Part shown: positions 18,704-28,229 of the stretch, in pieces | Layout of the letters: each line of letters opens with the position of its first letter | Position numbering within the stretch: position 1 is the first letter of the stretch | Assembly: GCA_037441285.1 (NCBI GenBank) | Contig: JBBISL010000001.1 | Location: forward strand, 88,899 to 152,898 | Direction: 5' to 3' | Source of the DNA: a candidate division WOR-3 bacterium | GTDB taxonomy: Bacteria; Hydrothermota; Tepidihabitantia; Tepidihabitantales; Tepidihabitantaceae | Length of the DNA stretch: 64,000 bases | Notes under the pieces: model-generated | What the model was told of the DNA's origin: nothing | Database searches by the model: none | Seen by the model: only the letters and a program-made list of their open reading frames with translations | Made by a program: the position numbers and the translations under genes

Positions 18704-20191
18704 ATGGATGTATTTGAGGGTTTAATAATTGTTGATGCGCAGAGCCCACCCGTTGCCGGGAAGTTGCTAATAGAGAGTGGAAAAGTTGCCGCAATTTTAC
18801 CGAGTCCCGAACCAAAAACAAAAACTTATATCGCCCCTGGTTTCATCGACGCTCATATCCATCCAATAGAAACTGGTTTGGGAATGATTTATCCGGATTT
18901 TTCGGCTGCTTCTTCAATCGCCGAGGTCTTAGGAATTCTCGCAGCGAGCATTGCCCGGATGTCCGATTCCCCTGTTTTTCTGGGATTCAACTTGGACCCG
19001 GACCGGTTAAAAGAGCACCGCTATCCCTACCGCCGGGAATTAGACCGGATACTGGACCGCGTCCCAACCTTGATTTATCGTGTTGATGGCCATTCTGCCG
19101 CAGTAAACTCCCGAGCACTCGAAATGCTACCTGAAATAAATTTTCCCGGTGTGGAATTGGACGGTGCCGGTAAACCAACCGGCGTTGTTAGAAGTAAGGC
19201 ATACGAACTCCTTTCGGCAAACCTAAAACGCCGGCTCCCCTCAGAAATTATCCAGGAGGCAATCAACTTCACCGCGCACATCGCTTTGCGAAACGGCGTC
19301 ATTGCTTTAGGAGCAATGGTGGGCTCGGACGAATATAGCGAAAACGAATGGGCAACTTTGCTTAACGCCCTTACCAGCGCACCCATCAAAATGATTCCCT
19401 ACCTTCAAACCTGGAATGTAAAAGCGGCTCAGCAGTTTTCTCTATCTCGAATCGGAGGTTGTTTATTACTTGACGGCTCCTTTGGTTCGCACACTGCGGC
19501 ACTTCTTGAAGACTATGCCGACGCCTTAGGATACCAGGGCGTACTTTACCAGGAAGACAGCCACATAATCGAATTCCTCAAACAGGCGATTAAAATGAAC
19601 TTACAAACTGCGTTCCACGCCATTGGTGACCGTGCCGTGGAACAAATCGTCCGCTGCCACGAACAGGTTGCCAGCGCAATGCCCAGAAAAGCCTTGCGCC
19701 ACCGGATTGAACATGCCGAGCTGCTTTCTTCTGATTTAATTAAAAGGATTGCGGCGCAGGAGTTGGTCATCTGTGTCCAACCTGCCTTTGAAACTACCTG
19801 GGGCGGACCACAGGGTATGTATGCCAAGCGATTGGGTGCGCGCTGGCGGTTTACCAACCCCTATCGAACCCTGTTTGACAACAAAATCGTTGTCGCCGGC
19901 GGCTCCGATGCACCAATCACACCCCTTGACCCACTCCGCGGGATTTATGCGGCAATGAACCTGCCCAATGAAGCACAACGAATCACCGGACCTGAGGCAC
20001 TGGTGCTTTTTACCGAAAATGCGGCATACGCGCTCGGTATTGAAAATACCAGCGGCAAACTTGCTCCGGGCATGGAAGCCAATTTTGTCGTGCTCAGCGG
20101 CGACCCCAGAGAAGATGTCCATTGCCAGATATTGGCAACATATTACCAAGGTAAATTGCTTTTTAGCACCCCTCTTGTGAAAGAAAGATGA
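18704..20191 (+). CDS. amidohydrolase 3 (YtcJ-like)
   Basis: PGFIDAHIH, DGSFGSHTA, HAIGDRA, HRIEHAE, GSDAP. Confidence 0.88.
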   Translation: MDVFEGLIIVDAQSPPVAGKLLIESGKVAAILPSPEPKTKTYIAPGFIDAHIHPIETGLGMIYPDFSAASSIAEVLGILAASIARMSDSPVFLGFNLDPDRLKEHRYPYRRELDRILDRVPTLIYRVDGHSAAVNSRALEMLPEINFPGVELDGAGKPTGVVRSKAYELLSANLKRRLPSEIIQEAINFTAHIALRNGVIALGAMVGSDEYSENEWATLLNALTSAPIKMIPYLQTWNVKAAQQFSLSRIGGCLLLDGSFGSHTAALLEDYADALGYQGVLYQEDSHIIEFLKQAIKMNLQTAFHAIGDRAVEQIVRCHEQVASAMPRKALRHRIEHAELLSSDLIKRIAAQELVICVQPAFETTWGGPQGMYAKRLGARWRFTNPYRTLFDNKIVVAGGSDAPITPLDPLRGIYAAMNLPNEAQRITGPEALVLFTENAAYALGIENTSGKLAPGMEANFVVLSGDPREDVHCQILATYYQGKLLFSTPLVKER

Positions 20192-21909
20192 AAAATCAAG
20201 AACTTGCCGAAATCTTTGACCAGATTGCCGATGCCTTAGAGCTAAAAGGAGAAACCGGCTTTCGGGTCCTCGCCTATCGGAAGGCAGCCCGGGTGCTTGC
20301 CGAATTAACCGAAGATATCGAAGAACTCGACCGGGAGAATCGATTAGAAACTGTCCCGGGGATTGGTTCCGGAATTGCCAAAAAGATTCATGAGTATCTA
20401 ACCACCGGCAAAATGCAAAAACTCAAAGAGGTGACGAATGGCCTGGAACCAGGCCTCTTTGTCCTGCTAAAAATTCCCGGGGTTGGACCCAAAACAGTAC
20501 GGCTTCTTAATCAGAAACTCGGGGTAAAAGACCTCGAAGATTTAAAGCGAGTGCTTGCCGACGGTTCAGCCGCAAAACTACCCGGTATGGGAGCAAAAAA
20601 AGTAGAAAACATCCTGCAGGGCATACAAACCGCCGAACATGCCGGAGAAAGGATGTATCTAAACGAAGCGTATGAGTTAGCCGAAGCGATTGTGAACCAG
20701 ATTAAGAATGCGGGCGTTGCGGACCAGGTGACTTTTGCCGGTTCCCTGCGCCGGGGCAAAGAAACAATCGGCGACATCGACATCCTTGCCAGCGGGAAAA
20801 ATCCGACCGCGATTATCAACTGTTTTATTAATTATCCCAAAAAACACCAGGTGGTTTCCGCCGGTGATACCAAGGCGTCGATTGTTGTCAACACCGGAAA
20901 GGCGCTTCGTCAGATTGACCTGCGAGTTGTCCACAGAAACGAGTTCGGTGCTGCCCTGCAGTACTTTACCGGTTCGAAAGCCCACAATATCGCCCTGAGA
21001 ACAATAGCTCAGAAACAGGGTTTGATGATTTATGAATATGGCGTTTTCGGAGTAGAATAAAGCATTGCCGGAAAAAATGAAACCGAAGAGTATCAAGCCC
21101 TTGGTCTCCCCTACATCGAACCTGAGTTACGAGAAGACCGGGGTGAAATCGAAGCCGCAAAATCCGGGCGTCTTCCCCGCCTCATTCAATTAACCGACAT
21201 TAAATCGGACCTTCATATCCATACCGACGCTTCTGACGGTCTATCAACACTGGAAGATATTGTTACCGCCTGTCGGCAAAGAGGTTATACCCATATTGCA
21301 ATTGCGGAACATTCGGTATCAGCCGGTTACGCCGGAGGACTTAGTGAGGATGAACTCCTCCGCCGGTGTGAGACGATTGACCAGTTAAACAACAAACTCA
21401 CCGGATTCCAGGTGTTAAAAGCCGCGGAAGTAGACATCACACCTGAAGGAAAACTTGACTATTCCGACCGAACTCTCAGGCAATTAGACCTGGTTATTGC
21501 CTCAATTCACCAGGCATTTAACCGGGAAGCAACCAGGCGCATCTGCTTTGCAATTGAACACCCACTGGTCCATATCATCGCCCACCCGAGCGGTCGGCTT
21601 ATCAACAAAAGACCTGGCTATGATATCGACCTCGAAAAGGTAATCGAATGGGCCGCTAAATTCAAAAAAGTCCTTGAGATTAACTCGTATTACGCCCGTC
21701 TGGATTTAAACGATGTCTGGGCAAAAAGGGCAAAAGATGCGGGCGTCCTTCTGGCAATTAACACCGATGCTCATGCGGTTGCCGACCTCTCCTGGATGCG
21801 TTACGGGGTCATTACCGCACGCCGGGCATGGCTGGAAAAAACCGATGTGATTAATTGCCTTACCTTAAACCAGCTTTTAAAACTTTTAAAAACCATCCAA
21901 CAGATTTAA
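20188..21909 (+). pseudogene. polX: DNA polymerase X/PHP (PolX), interrupted by one in-frame TAA at 21058-21060
   Basis: GSLRRGKETIGDIDIL, IDLR, YFTGSK; after the TAA the same frame continues SIAG...LGLPYIEPELREDRGEIEAA...DLHIHTDASDG...NTDAH. Confidence 0.9.
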
Positions 21910-22562
21910 CGCCCGCTCATTCGTTTATCCAGCCATCGACAGCCGGCTAAAACCTCTTTCAGGCTGCCAATCTGATGTTCACCTTTTGTCACAAGCAAGG
22001 TACAAGCCACACCCGCGGACGCAAACTCTTCAAACATCCTGTAATTACTCTGGCAATTCCAGTCTTTTTCCCTCGTAACAAGATAGATGAAGTTGTTGGC
22101 AAAAATCGAGGGGGAATCGGTTAATCTCGGTGCTACCATCGGAGCACATACCGCAACCACGCCCCGGATTAACTCCGGATGCAGCAGGGCTGTTGCCAAT
22201 GCCTGACTGCCCTGACCGGAAAATCCATAAATAACAATCCGACTGGAATCAACCGGATATCGGTTAATTAACTTCTTCACAGTGTGATAGATATCAACAT
22301 CGTTAAGATAGATGTCTCGATGGTTGCGACTTGCATGGCAGGTAGCCAACGCCCAATTCAGAGAGTCCGCAATAAGTCTAAAACTGTCGATATCTCCGCG
22401 GGTTGCACCATTGCACTGGAGGACAATTAAACCCGGGACCAGGTTTTTGTCGCACTCAACCCTTGACGGCACATAGTAACAGTTGCTGTCTTCATCGCAA
22501 TACACCACGGGCTGAGCAATCAAATTCAGCGCAAGAACGCACAATCCCCAGAAAAGTTCCAT
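21906..22562 (-). CDS. secreted alpha/beta hydrolase (esterase-like)
   Basis: Signal peptide; VDSSRIVIYGFSGQG nucleophile elbow; GEH near C-terminus. Confidence 0.65.
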   Translation of the reverse strand: MELFWGLCVLALNLIAQPVVYCDEDSNCYYVPSRVECDKNLVPGLIVLQCNGATRGDIDSFRLIADSLNWALATCHASRNHRDIYLNDVDIYHTVKKLINRYPVDSSRIVIYGFSGQGSQALATALLHPELIRGVVAVCAPMVAPRLTDSPSIFANNFIYLVTREKDWNCQSNYRMFEEFASAGVACTLLVTKGEHQIGSLKEVLAGCRWLDKRMSGR

Positions 22563-22569
22563 TTCGAGC

Positions 22570-23655
22570 CTACCTTTCGGCTTTTAATAATAGTATGGCG
22601 CCACTAATGCCAAAAACGATATTGGGTAGCCAAGCAGAAAGTACCGGACTTATGATATGAGCATAACCGAAAGCCCGACAAATCTGAATAGCGCCCCAGT
22701 ATAAAAAAGAAAAAAGCAACCCCAAGCCCAAACCTAACATAACCCCGCCCCGGCGCAGTTTTACCGCAAGGGGCAGTCCTAAAACGGTCACGATTAAACC
22801 AATTAGGGCATAAGAAAATCGATAATGGTATTCAACCTCTTCCCGTGCAACATTTTCCCCCGCCCTTTTCATTTTAGCAATATAGCGCCTTAAAAATGGC
22901 GTTGATGTTTCCTCAATCGGACGCATCGGCATCAACCACTCATCTGGAGAAAAGTGGAACATACTTAGTGCGACGCGCTTTAATCGCTGAAATTTTTCTT
23001 CGCCCCCGGCCGAAAATTGCCGAAGCACAATATTGTCTCCAACCCAACCACTGTCGCCCAAAGTTGCTGTTTCCCCATCAACCCGCGTCGCTACCTGCCG
23101 TTCTTTATTCAGTTCCAGAAGTAAAAAATTGTGTAACTTCGCTTCATCCTTTGTCTTTTGCCACTCCCGAATCCATAGTACCCGGTTGCCATCAACTCGA
23201 TACACATCAACACTGCGCTGTTCAACCGGCACCGACCGTTTTTCAATAACATAGCGACGTAAATCACTGAGGTGGCGGTTAAAAGGAACTGTTATCAACT
23301 CATTACCCACCAGGTACAACAGCCCGGTTAATGCGCCGATAACTATCGCCGGTATAAAAAGGCGATAAATTATTACCCCGGCACTTTTAAAAGCGGCGAT
23401 TTCGTGGTAACGGGTCATCTGGCCATACACGACGAATACCGCTAAAACAAGACTTACCGGATACAAAAGCGCTATTGCCGTGGGCAGGCTATAAAAATAA
23501 TAACGAAGGACAACCGGCAGCGTAACATTGCGGCTGGTGAAATAACTCAGTTCTTCAAAAAGGTCGATTAAGAGATAAATTGTTACCACGCTCAGAAGTG
23601 CCAGCAGGGTAAACTTGATAAGTTCATAAAAGAGGTGGCGATAAATTATCTTCAT
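22570..23655 (-). CDS. lptG: LPS export permease LptG
   Basis: EIAAFKSAG; 3+3 TM layout with periplasmic domain; AWLPNI. Confidence 0.88.
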   Translation of the reverse strand: MKIIYRHLFYELIKFTLLALLSVVTIYLLIDLFEELSYFTSRNVTLPVVLRYYFYSLPTAIALLYPVSLVLAVFVVYGQMTRYHEIAAFKSAGVIIYRLFIPAIVIGALTGLLYLVGNELITVPFNRHLSDLRRYVIEKRSVPVEQRSVDVYRVDGNRVLWIREWQKTKDEAKLHNFLLLELNKERQVATRVDGETATLGDSGWVGDNIVLRQFSAGGEEKFQRLKRVALSMFHFSPDEWLMPMRPIEETSTPFLRRYIAKMKRAGENVAREEVEYHYRFSYALIGLIVTVLGLPLAVKLRRGGVMLGLGLGLLFSFLYWGAIQICRAFGYAHIISPVLSAWLPNIVFGISGAILLLKAER

Positions 23656-24917
23656 CTTGCACCGGCACCGCTTCCCAAACCAAGTAGGTTTATTATTTTC
23701 TCGCCCAGAGAAACCTCAAAGAACGCTCTTGCCATCAGCTCTGCCACCGGAATAACGAGTAAGATGTTAGGAAGCCACATTCCTAAAAAAGGTGATACCC
23801 GACCGCCCTCAGCAAAGTTTTCCCCCCCGAGGAGAACAACATAATAAACTGCATTGAATATCATGCCTACGATAATCCCGGTACCAACCCCACCCCGCCG
23901 TAACACCACTCCCAACGGTGCCCCGAACAGGAGGAAAAAAAACGCCGAGAAGGCAAGGGAAAACCGTTTGTGTACTTCAGTCAGGGACCGGGCCAGTTCA
24001 GCATTCTTGTAGCGCAGCCGGGTTCTCAGTTCGTCGCGCTTGAACTGTAACGCCTCGTTATCGGAACTCTTGCCCGCCAGTGAATCAAGTTGGCGCTTTA
24101 ACTCCTGTACCGCCTTTTTGTTCTCCTTAATCACGGTTAGTAACTGGAACAGTCGCTTTTCATCATCACCCCGATATTCTCGATTCCTTCTAATTAATTC
24201 ATCATCCATCAGTATATTTATCGTATGTTGTTGAAACTCCAGGCGCCGGTAATTACCGTTCGTTGTCAGCTCGTGTATTTCTCCATCGTAAAGAGAAAGA
24301 ATCATATACCGGTCATCGGGTGTATAATCAATTTTACCCCTTGGTGCCGTGACAAATGATGGCACCCCCTTTCCCTTTGACTTCTCAAAAATCACCACAT
24401 TGGAAACTTCCGAGCGCCTCTCATCAATTGCTCCAATATACACCATATACCCGGGAAAGTCATCAAGGAATACCCGTTCCTGAATCCGCAAGGACGGTTT
24501 TTTCCGGGCGATATCGGTCAAAAGCCCCCGAACCTGGTATTGCGATTCGGGCAGCACAAATCCGTTAAAAAATGCCATAAACGGCATTAAAACTGCTCCA
24601 AAAACCACTGCCGGAACAAAAATCCGCCAGGTGGGGATTCCCGCCGCACGAATTGCGGTAATTTCATTGTCCTGTGCCATGCGGCCAAAGGTGATTACGC
24701 CCCCAATCAGAACGGCCAGAGGTGTGCTGATGCTGATTACGAAGGGAAGGGAGAGAAACATTATTTCTCCGATGATTTTTACCGCAACCCCTTTACGCAC
24801 CAGTAAGTCGGCAAGAAGAAAAAGCCGGTCCATCAGCAAAATGAAAGACAGCACGATAATCGCAAACAGGAAAGCAGGAATTATCTGCCTGAAGGTCTCC
24901 CGCTCAAAAATCCTCAT
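23652..24917 (-). CDS. lptF: LPS export permease LptF
   Basis: FGRMAQDNEITAIRAAGI, EVHKRFSL, GMWLPN; leaderless promoter TTGACT-16-TATGAT-6nt-ATG. Confidence 0.88.
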   Translation of the reverse strand: MRIFERETFRQIIPAFLFAIIVLSFILLMDRLFLLADLLVRKGVAVKIIGEIMFLSLPFVISISTPLAVLIGGVITFGRMAQDNEITAIRAAGIPTWRIFVPAVVFGAVLMPFMAFFNGFVLPESQYQVRGLLTDIARKKPSLRIQERVFLDDFPGYMVYIGAIDERRSEVSNVVIFEKSKGKGVPSFVTAPRGKIDYTPDDRYMILSLYDGEIHELTTNGNYRRLEFQQHTINILMDDELIRRNREYRGDDEKRLFQLLTVIKENKKAVQELKRQLDSLAGKSSDNEALQFKRDELRTRLRYKNAELARSLTEVHKRFSLAFSAFFFLLFGAPLGVVLRRGGVGTGIIVGMIFNAVYYVVLLGGENFAEGGRVSPFLGMWLPNILLVIPVAELMARAFFEVSLGEKIINLLGLGSGAGAR

Positions 24918-25092
24918 TTAACTATCATATTCAGCACCTATTTTAAGTCAAGATTCAGTACAAACATGGAAGCGGACAAGAATTTCCCTTACCATCCCCG
25001 AGACTACCCCGGGGTTGGGTAGGGAAAATCGCTATAAAACTGGTAACCCCTTTATATTTCATAGTGTTATTTAGAAATTCCGTTCTGCCATC

Positions 25093-25114
25093 CAGTATAC
25101 TTTAAAGTATACTG
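25093..25114. repeat. perfect 22-bp palindrome, possible operator
   Basis: CAGTATACTTTAAAGTATACTG equals its own reverse complement. Confidence 0.6.
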
Positions 25115-25262
25115 ACCAATAGCTGCTTAAGCCCAACCGCAGAACAATAAAAAAATTAACCGCCACTTTATTAATTTACTCACATTCAATATAGTTGCCA
25201 ATATCAGAGTAAATCATTGACAGAATTATTATAGATATTATATTTTATCCAAAAGGGCGCAA

Positions 25263-26219
25263 TTGATGAATATGAATGATACATCTTCCCTAAAAATTCG
25301 AAATATAGAGAAAAGTGATGCTTATCAAGTAGGTTTATTAACAGACCAAATTTACGCCGAAATGGGAACTGAGCCGCTTTACTCGGTTGATGCCACAATA
25401 AGGCTTTTCGAAACTCCCTGGTTGCAAGACGGTGCGGGCCTGGTTCTGGAACAGGCCAAACGAATTTTAGGATACGGATGGGCGCGGCATTTACCCTGGC
25501 ACTGCCGCAATGTTATCCATATGGGACTTTTTCTGGGTCCAGAAGCACGGGAAAGAGGCAAATATAAAATACTTACTGACGAACTTTTTAAAATCGCCCA
25601 GGGTCTGGCTCGTCGCTTCCGGATTTCCGAGGCTTTAATATTCTATCGAAGCGTTGACTATATCCATCCACCCATAATCTCCCAACTCGGATTTCAAAAA
25701 CATCCGGTTTCAATGCTTGGTTTTCGGCATACTCTTGAATCATTAGATGAAGTTAAGCTTCCGCCGGGAATCGTAATCCGTCCCGCCCATCTTCCCGGCG
25801 AAAAAAGTTTAATCCACTCCCTGGGCATGGAAGCGTTTGACGACCCCCTAAATCAAGGAGAGCATATCAACGAAGCCCATCTCGATATCGAAATGGGAAA
25901 CCCGGGATTTAAAAACGAACAGTTTATGATTGCCTGGCAGGGAGATAAACCTGCCGGCTACCTGGTAATTTTGTCGGGAACGGACCGGCCCGGAGAAAAG
26001 AGCTACGACATTGCCGAAGTCGGGGTTGTTCCGCCATTGCGCCGTAAGGGAATCGGCACCGCCCTACTTCTTATGGCGCTGCACTGGATTAAAAAACAAA
26101 ATGCTCGTGTTGCGTTGATTGCGGCATTCAGTAGTAATTCTGTGATATCACTTTATTGGCGGTTAAGATTCCGGCCGGACCCGCTCCGTACCTATAATTT
26201 CTTCATCCGGCAAATTTAA
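25263..26219 (+). CDS. GNAT family acetyltransferase (tandem GNAT)
   Basis: VGVVPPLRRKGIGTALL acetyl-CoA motif A; degenerate N-terminal GNAT domain. Confidence 0.8.
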   Translation: MMNMNDTSSLKIRNIEKSDAYQVGLLTDQIYAEMGTEPLYSVDATIRLFETPWLQDGAGLVLEQAKRILGYGWARHLPWHCRNVIHMGLFLGPEARERGKYKILTDELFKIAQGLARRFRISEALIFYRSVDYIHPPIISQLGFQKHPVSMLGFRHTLESLDEVKLPPGIVIRPAHLPGEKSLIHSLGMEAFDDPLNQGEHINEAHLDIEMGNPGFKNEQFMIAWQGDKPAGYLVILSGTDRPGEKSYDIAEVGVVPPLRRKGIGTALLLMALHWIKKQNARVALIAAFSSNSVISLYWRLRFRPDPLRTYNFFIRQI

Positions 26220-26296
26220 ACACTGCTTTCCATATTGTTCACATCAGGAGCGCATTACCCTGTTGACCCAAAGTGTAACATTTGTTAAATTAACCT

Positions 26297-27295
26297 ATGT
26301 TATATCGTGATGCTGGTGTTGATATTGAACGGATGAATGCCGTCAAAAAAGAAATTGGCTCGCTGGTCAGAAAAACATATTTGCCTGAGGTCATTTCCGG
26401 AGTGGGTTTGTTTGGTTCCCTGTTCCGAATCCCCCGGAAACGAAAACCGGTCCTTGTTGCCAGTTGCGATAGCGTGGGAACAAAGGTACTCATCGCCCGG
26501 GAAATGGGCGTGTTTAACACCGTTGGCATTGACATCGTTAACCATTGTGTAAATGATATCCTCACCCTCGGCGCAAAACCTCTATTCTTCCTTGATTACA
26601 TTGCCCACTCAGACTTATCAAGTAATCAGTTGCTTGACCTGATAAAAGGTTTAACCAATGCCTGTCGGCAAAATGGCTGTGCCCTGGTTGGAGGCGAAAC
26701 CGCGATGATGCCCGACATTTACCGAACCGGAGATTTTGACCTTGTTGGATTCATCGTCGGCATTGTTGAGCAAGACCAAATCGTTGATGCCCAAAAATTG
26801 AAACCCGGTGATATCGCGATTGGCATTCCCTCAAATGGGCTCCACACCAATGGCTACTCGCTTGCTCGCAAGGTCCTTTTTAAGTTGAATCGCTTAACTG
26901 TACATTCCAAAGTTCCGGGGCTTAAGCACTCTTTGGGCAAAGAACTGCTCCGGCCCCATCGCTCTTATTTTAAGTCGGTCTATCCGCTTCTTGACCAGGT
27001 CAAGGCAATTGCCCATATCACGGGCGGCGGGTTCTACGACAACATAAGCCGGCTATTGCCGCCCGAAACCTCCTGTATCATCAAAAAATCGACCTGGCGC
27101 CCTCCCCCGATATTTCAGTTAATCCAGAAATTGGGCGCGGTCCCGGACGAGGAGATGTATCGGACCTTCAATATGGGTATCGGCATGGTACTCTTTGTTG
27201 CCCCGGATAAAGTGGCTACAATCCGGCGCCGTATTCCTTGCGCAAAGGTAATCGGTAAAGTTGTCCGCGGCACATTCGCGGTTGCGGTAATATAA
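26297..27295 (+). CDS. purM: phosphoribosylformylglycinamidine cyclo-ligase
   Basis: YRDAGVDI, DSVGTK, VNDIL..GAKPLFFLDY, GGETA, SNGLHTNGYS, HITGGG, TFNMGIG. Confidence 0.97.
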   Translation: MLYRDAGVDIERMNAVKKEIGSLVRKTYLPEVISGVGLFGSLFRIPRKRKPVLVASCDSVGTKVLIAREMGVFNTVGIDIVNHCVNDILTLGAKPLFFLDYIAHSDLSSNQLLDLIKGLTNACRQNGCALVGGETAMMPDIYRTGDFDLVGFIVGIVEQDQIVDAQKLKPGDIAIGIPSNGLHTNGYSLARKVLFKLNRLTVHSKVPGLKHSLGKELLRPHRSYFKSVYPLLDQVKAIAHITGGGFYDNISRLLPPETSCIIKKSTWRPPPIFQLIQKLGAVPDEEMYRTFNMGIGMVLFVAPDKVATIRRRIPCAKVIGKVVRGTFAVAVI

Positions 27296-27305
27296 CCATT
27301 GAAAA

Positions 27306-28229
27306 TCAACCCCGGGGATGGAAGGTCCTGTAAACTTCCCGCAGATAAGTTCGGTCAATATGGGTGTAAATCTGGGTCGTGACAATACTGGAATGGCCCA
27401 GCATCTCCTGCACAACCCGTAAGTCAGCGCCCCCTTCCAGCAGGTGAGTTGCAAATGAGTGACGCAGGATATGAGGTGTAATGCGCCGTTCGATTCCAGC
27501 AAGACGGGCACACTGCCGAAGAATCTTCCAGAACCCCATTCTACTCAACCTGCCCCCCCTCCGATTAAGAAAAAGATAAGGTGTGCTTTTGCCCCGGGCA
27601 TAATGTTCGCGTGCCAGCCCCAGATAATCTTTAACCGCCTGCAAAGCCGGTGTACCCAATGGCACCAGTCGCTCTTTTGCCCTTTTGCCAAAAATGCGAA
27701 CAAATCTCTCGCTCATATCGATATCGCTCGTTTTTAAGTTTAACAGTTCTGATACTCTTAATCCGGCACCATAAGCCACTTCCAGCATCGCCCTTGCCCG
27801 TAGTGCCCAGAACCGGTCCGGAGCCTTAACCGTGCTTTCAATTAAACACGAAACCTCATTCTGACTTAATGTTTGGGGCAGACGCCGCTTCGGGCGCGGT
27901 AATTTCAACTCCTGTGCCGGGTCTGGCAAGTTATACTCCGCTTCAAGAAAAGCCCCAAACACACGAATCGAACTCAACTTACGAGCAAATGTGGATGTTG
28001 CAATACCACAGTCGGATAAAGTCTGAACAAACTGTCGCAACAGTTTCAAGTTTATCAATTCAGGGTTTTGGGCAATCTCGGGCTTAAATGCATACAACTG
28101 CTTGATATCGGTAAGATAACAGTCAGCCGAAACTTTTGTTACACCCCTTTCAACCAAAAGGTAATGACTGAAACGCTCAAGGGTTGATGAAACTAACTCC
28201 TTAATTTGGGCCGGACTCTTTCTTTTCAA
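27306..28229 (-). CDS. xerD: tyrosine recombinase XerD
   Basis: YGAGLRVSEL, GKRAKER, TPHILRHSFATHLLEGGADLRVVQEMLGH, TTQIYTH, FHPRG. Confidence 0.92.
   Translation of the reverse strand: MKRKSPAQIKELVSSTLERFSHYLLVERGVTKVSADCYLTDIKQLYAFKPEIAQNPELINLKLLRQFVQTLSDCGIATSTFARKLSSIRVFGAFLEAEYNLPDPAQELKLPRPKRRLPQTLSQNEVSCLIESTVKAPDRFWALRARAMLEVAYGAGLRVSELLNLKTSDIDMSERFVRIFGKRAKERLVPLGTPALQAVKDYLGLAREHYARGKSTPYLFLNRRGGRLSRMGFWKILRQCARLAGIERRITPHILRHSFATHLLEGGADLRVVQEMLGHSSIVTTQIYTHIDRTYLREVYRTFHPRG

Noticed and set aside
27306..28229. Phage or island integrase
   Set aside because: Sequence has XerD hallmarks (LLEGGADLRVVQEMLGH, terminal HPRG), overlaps nadB, and has no flanking att repeats or cargo genes
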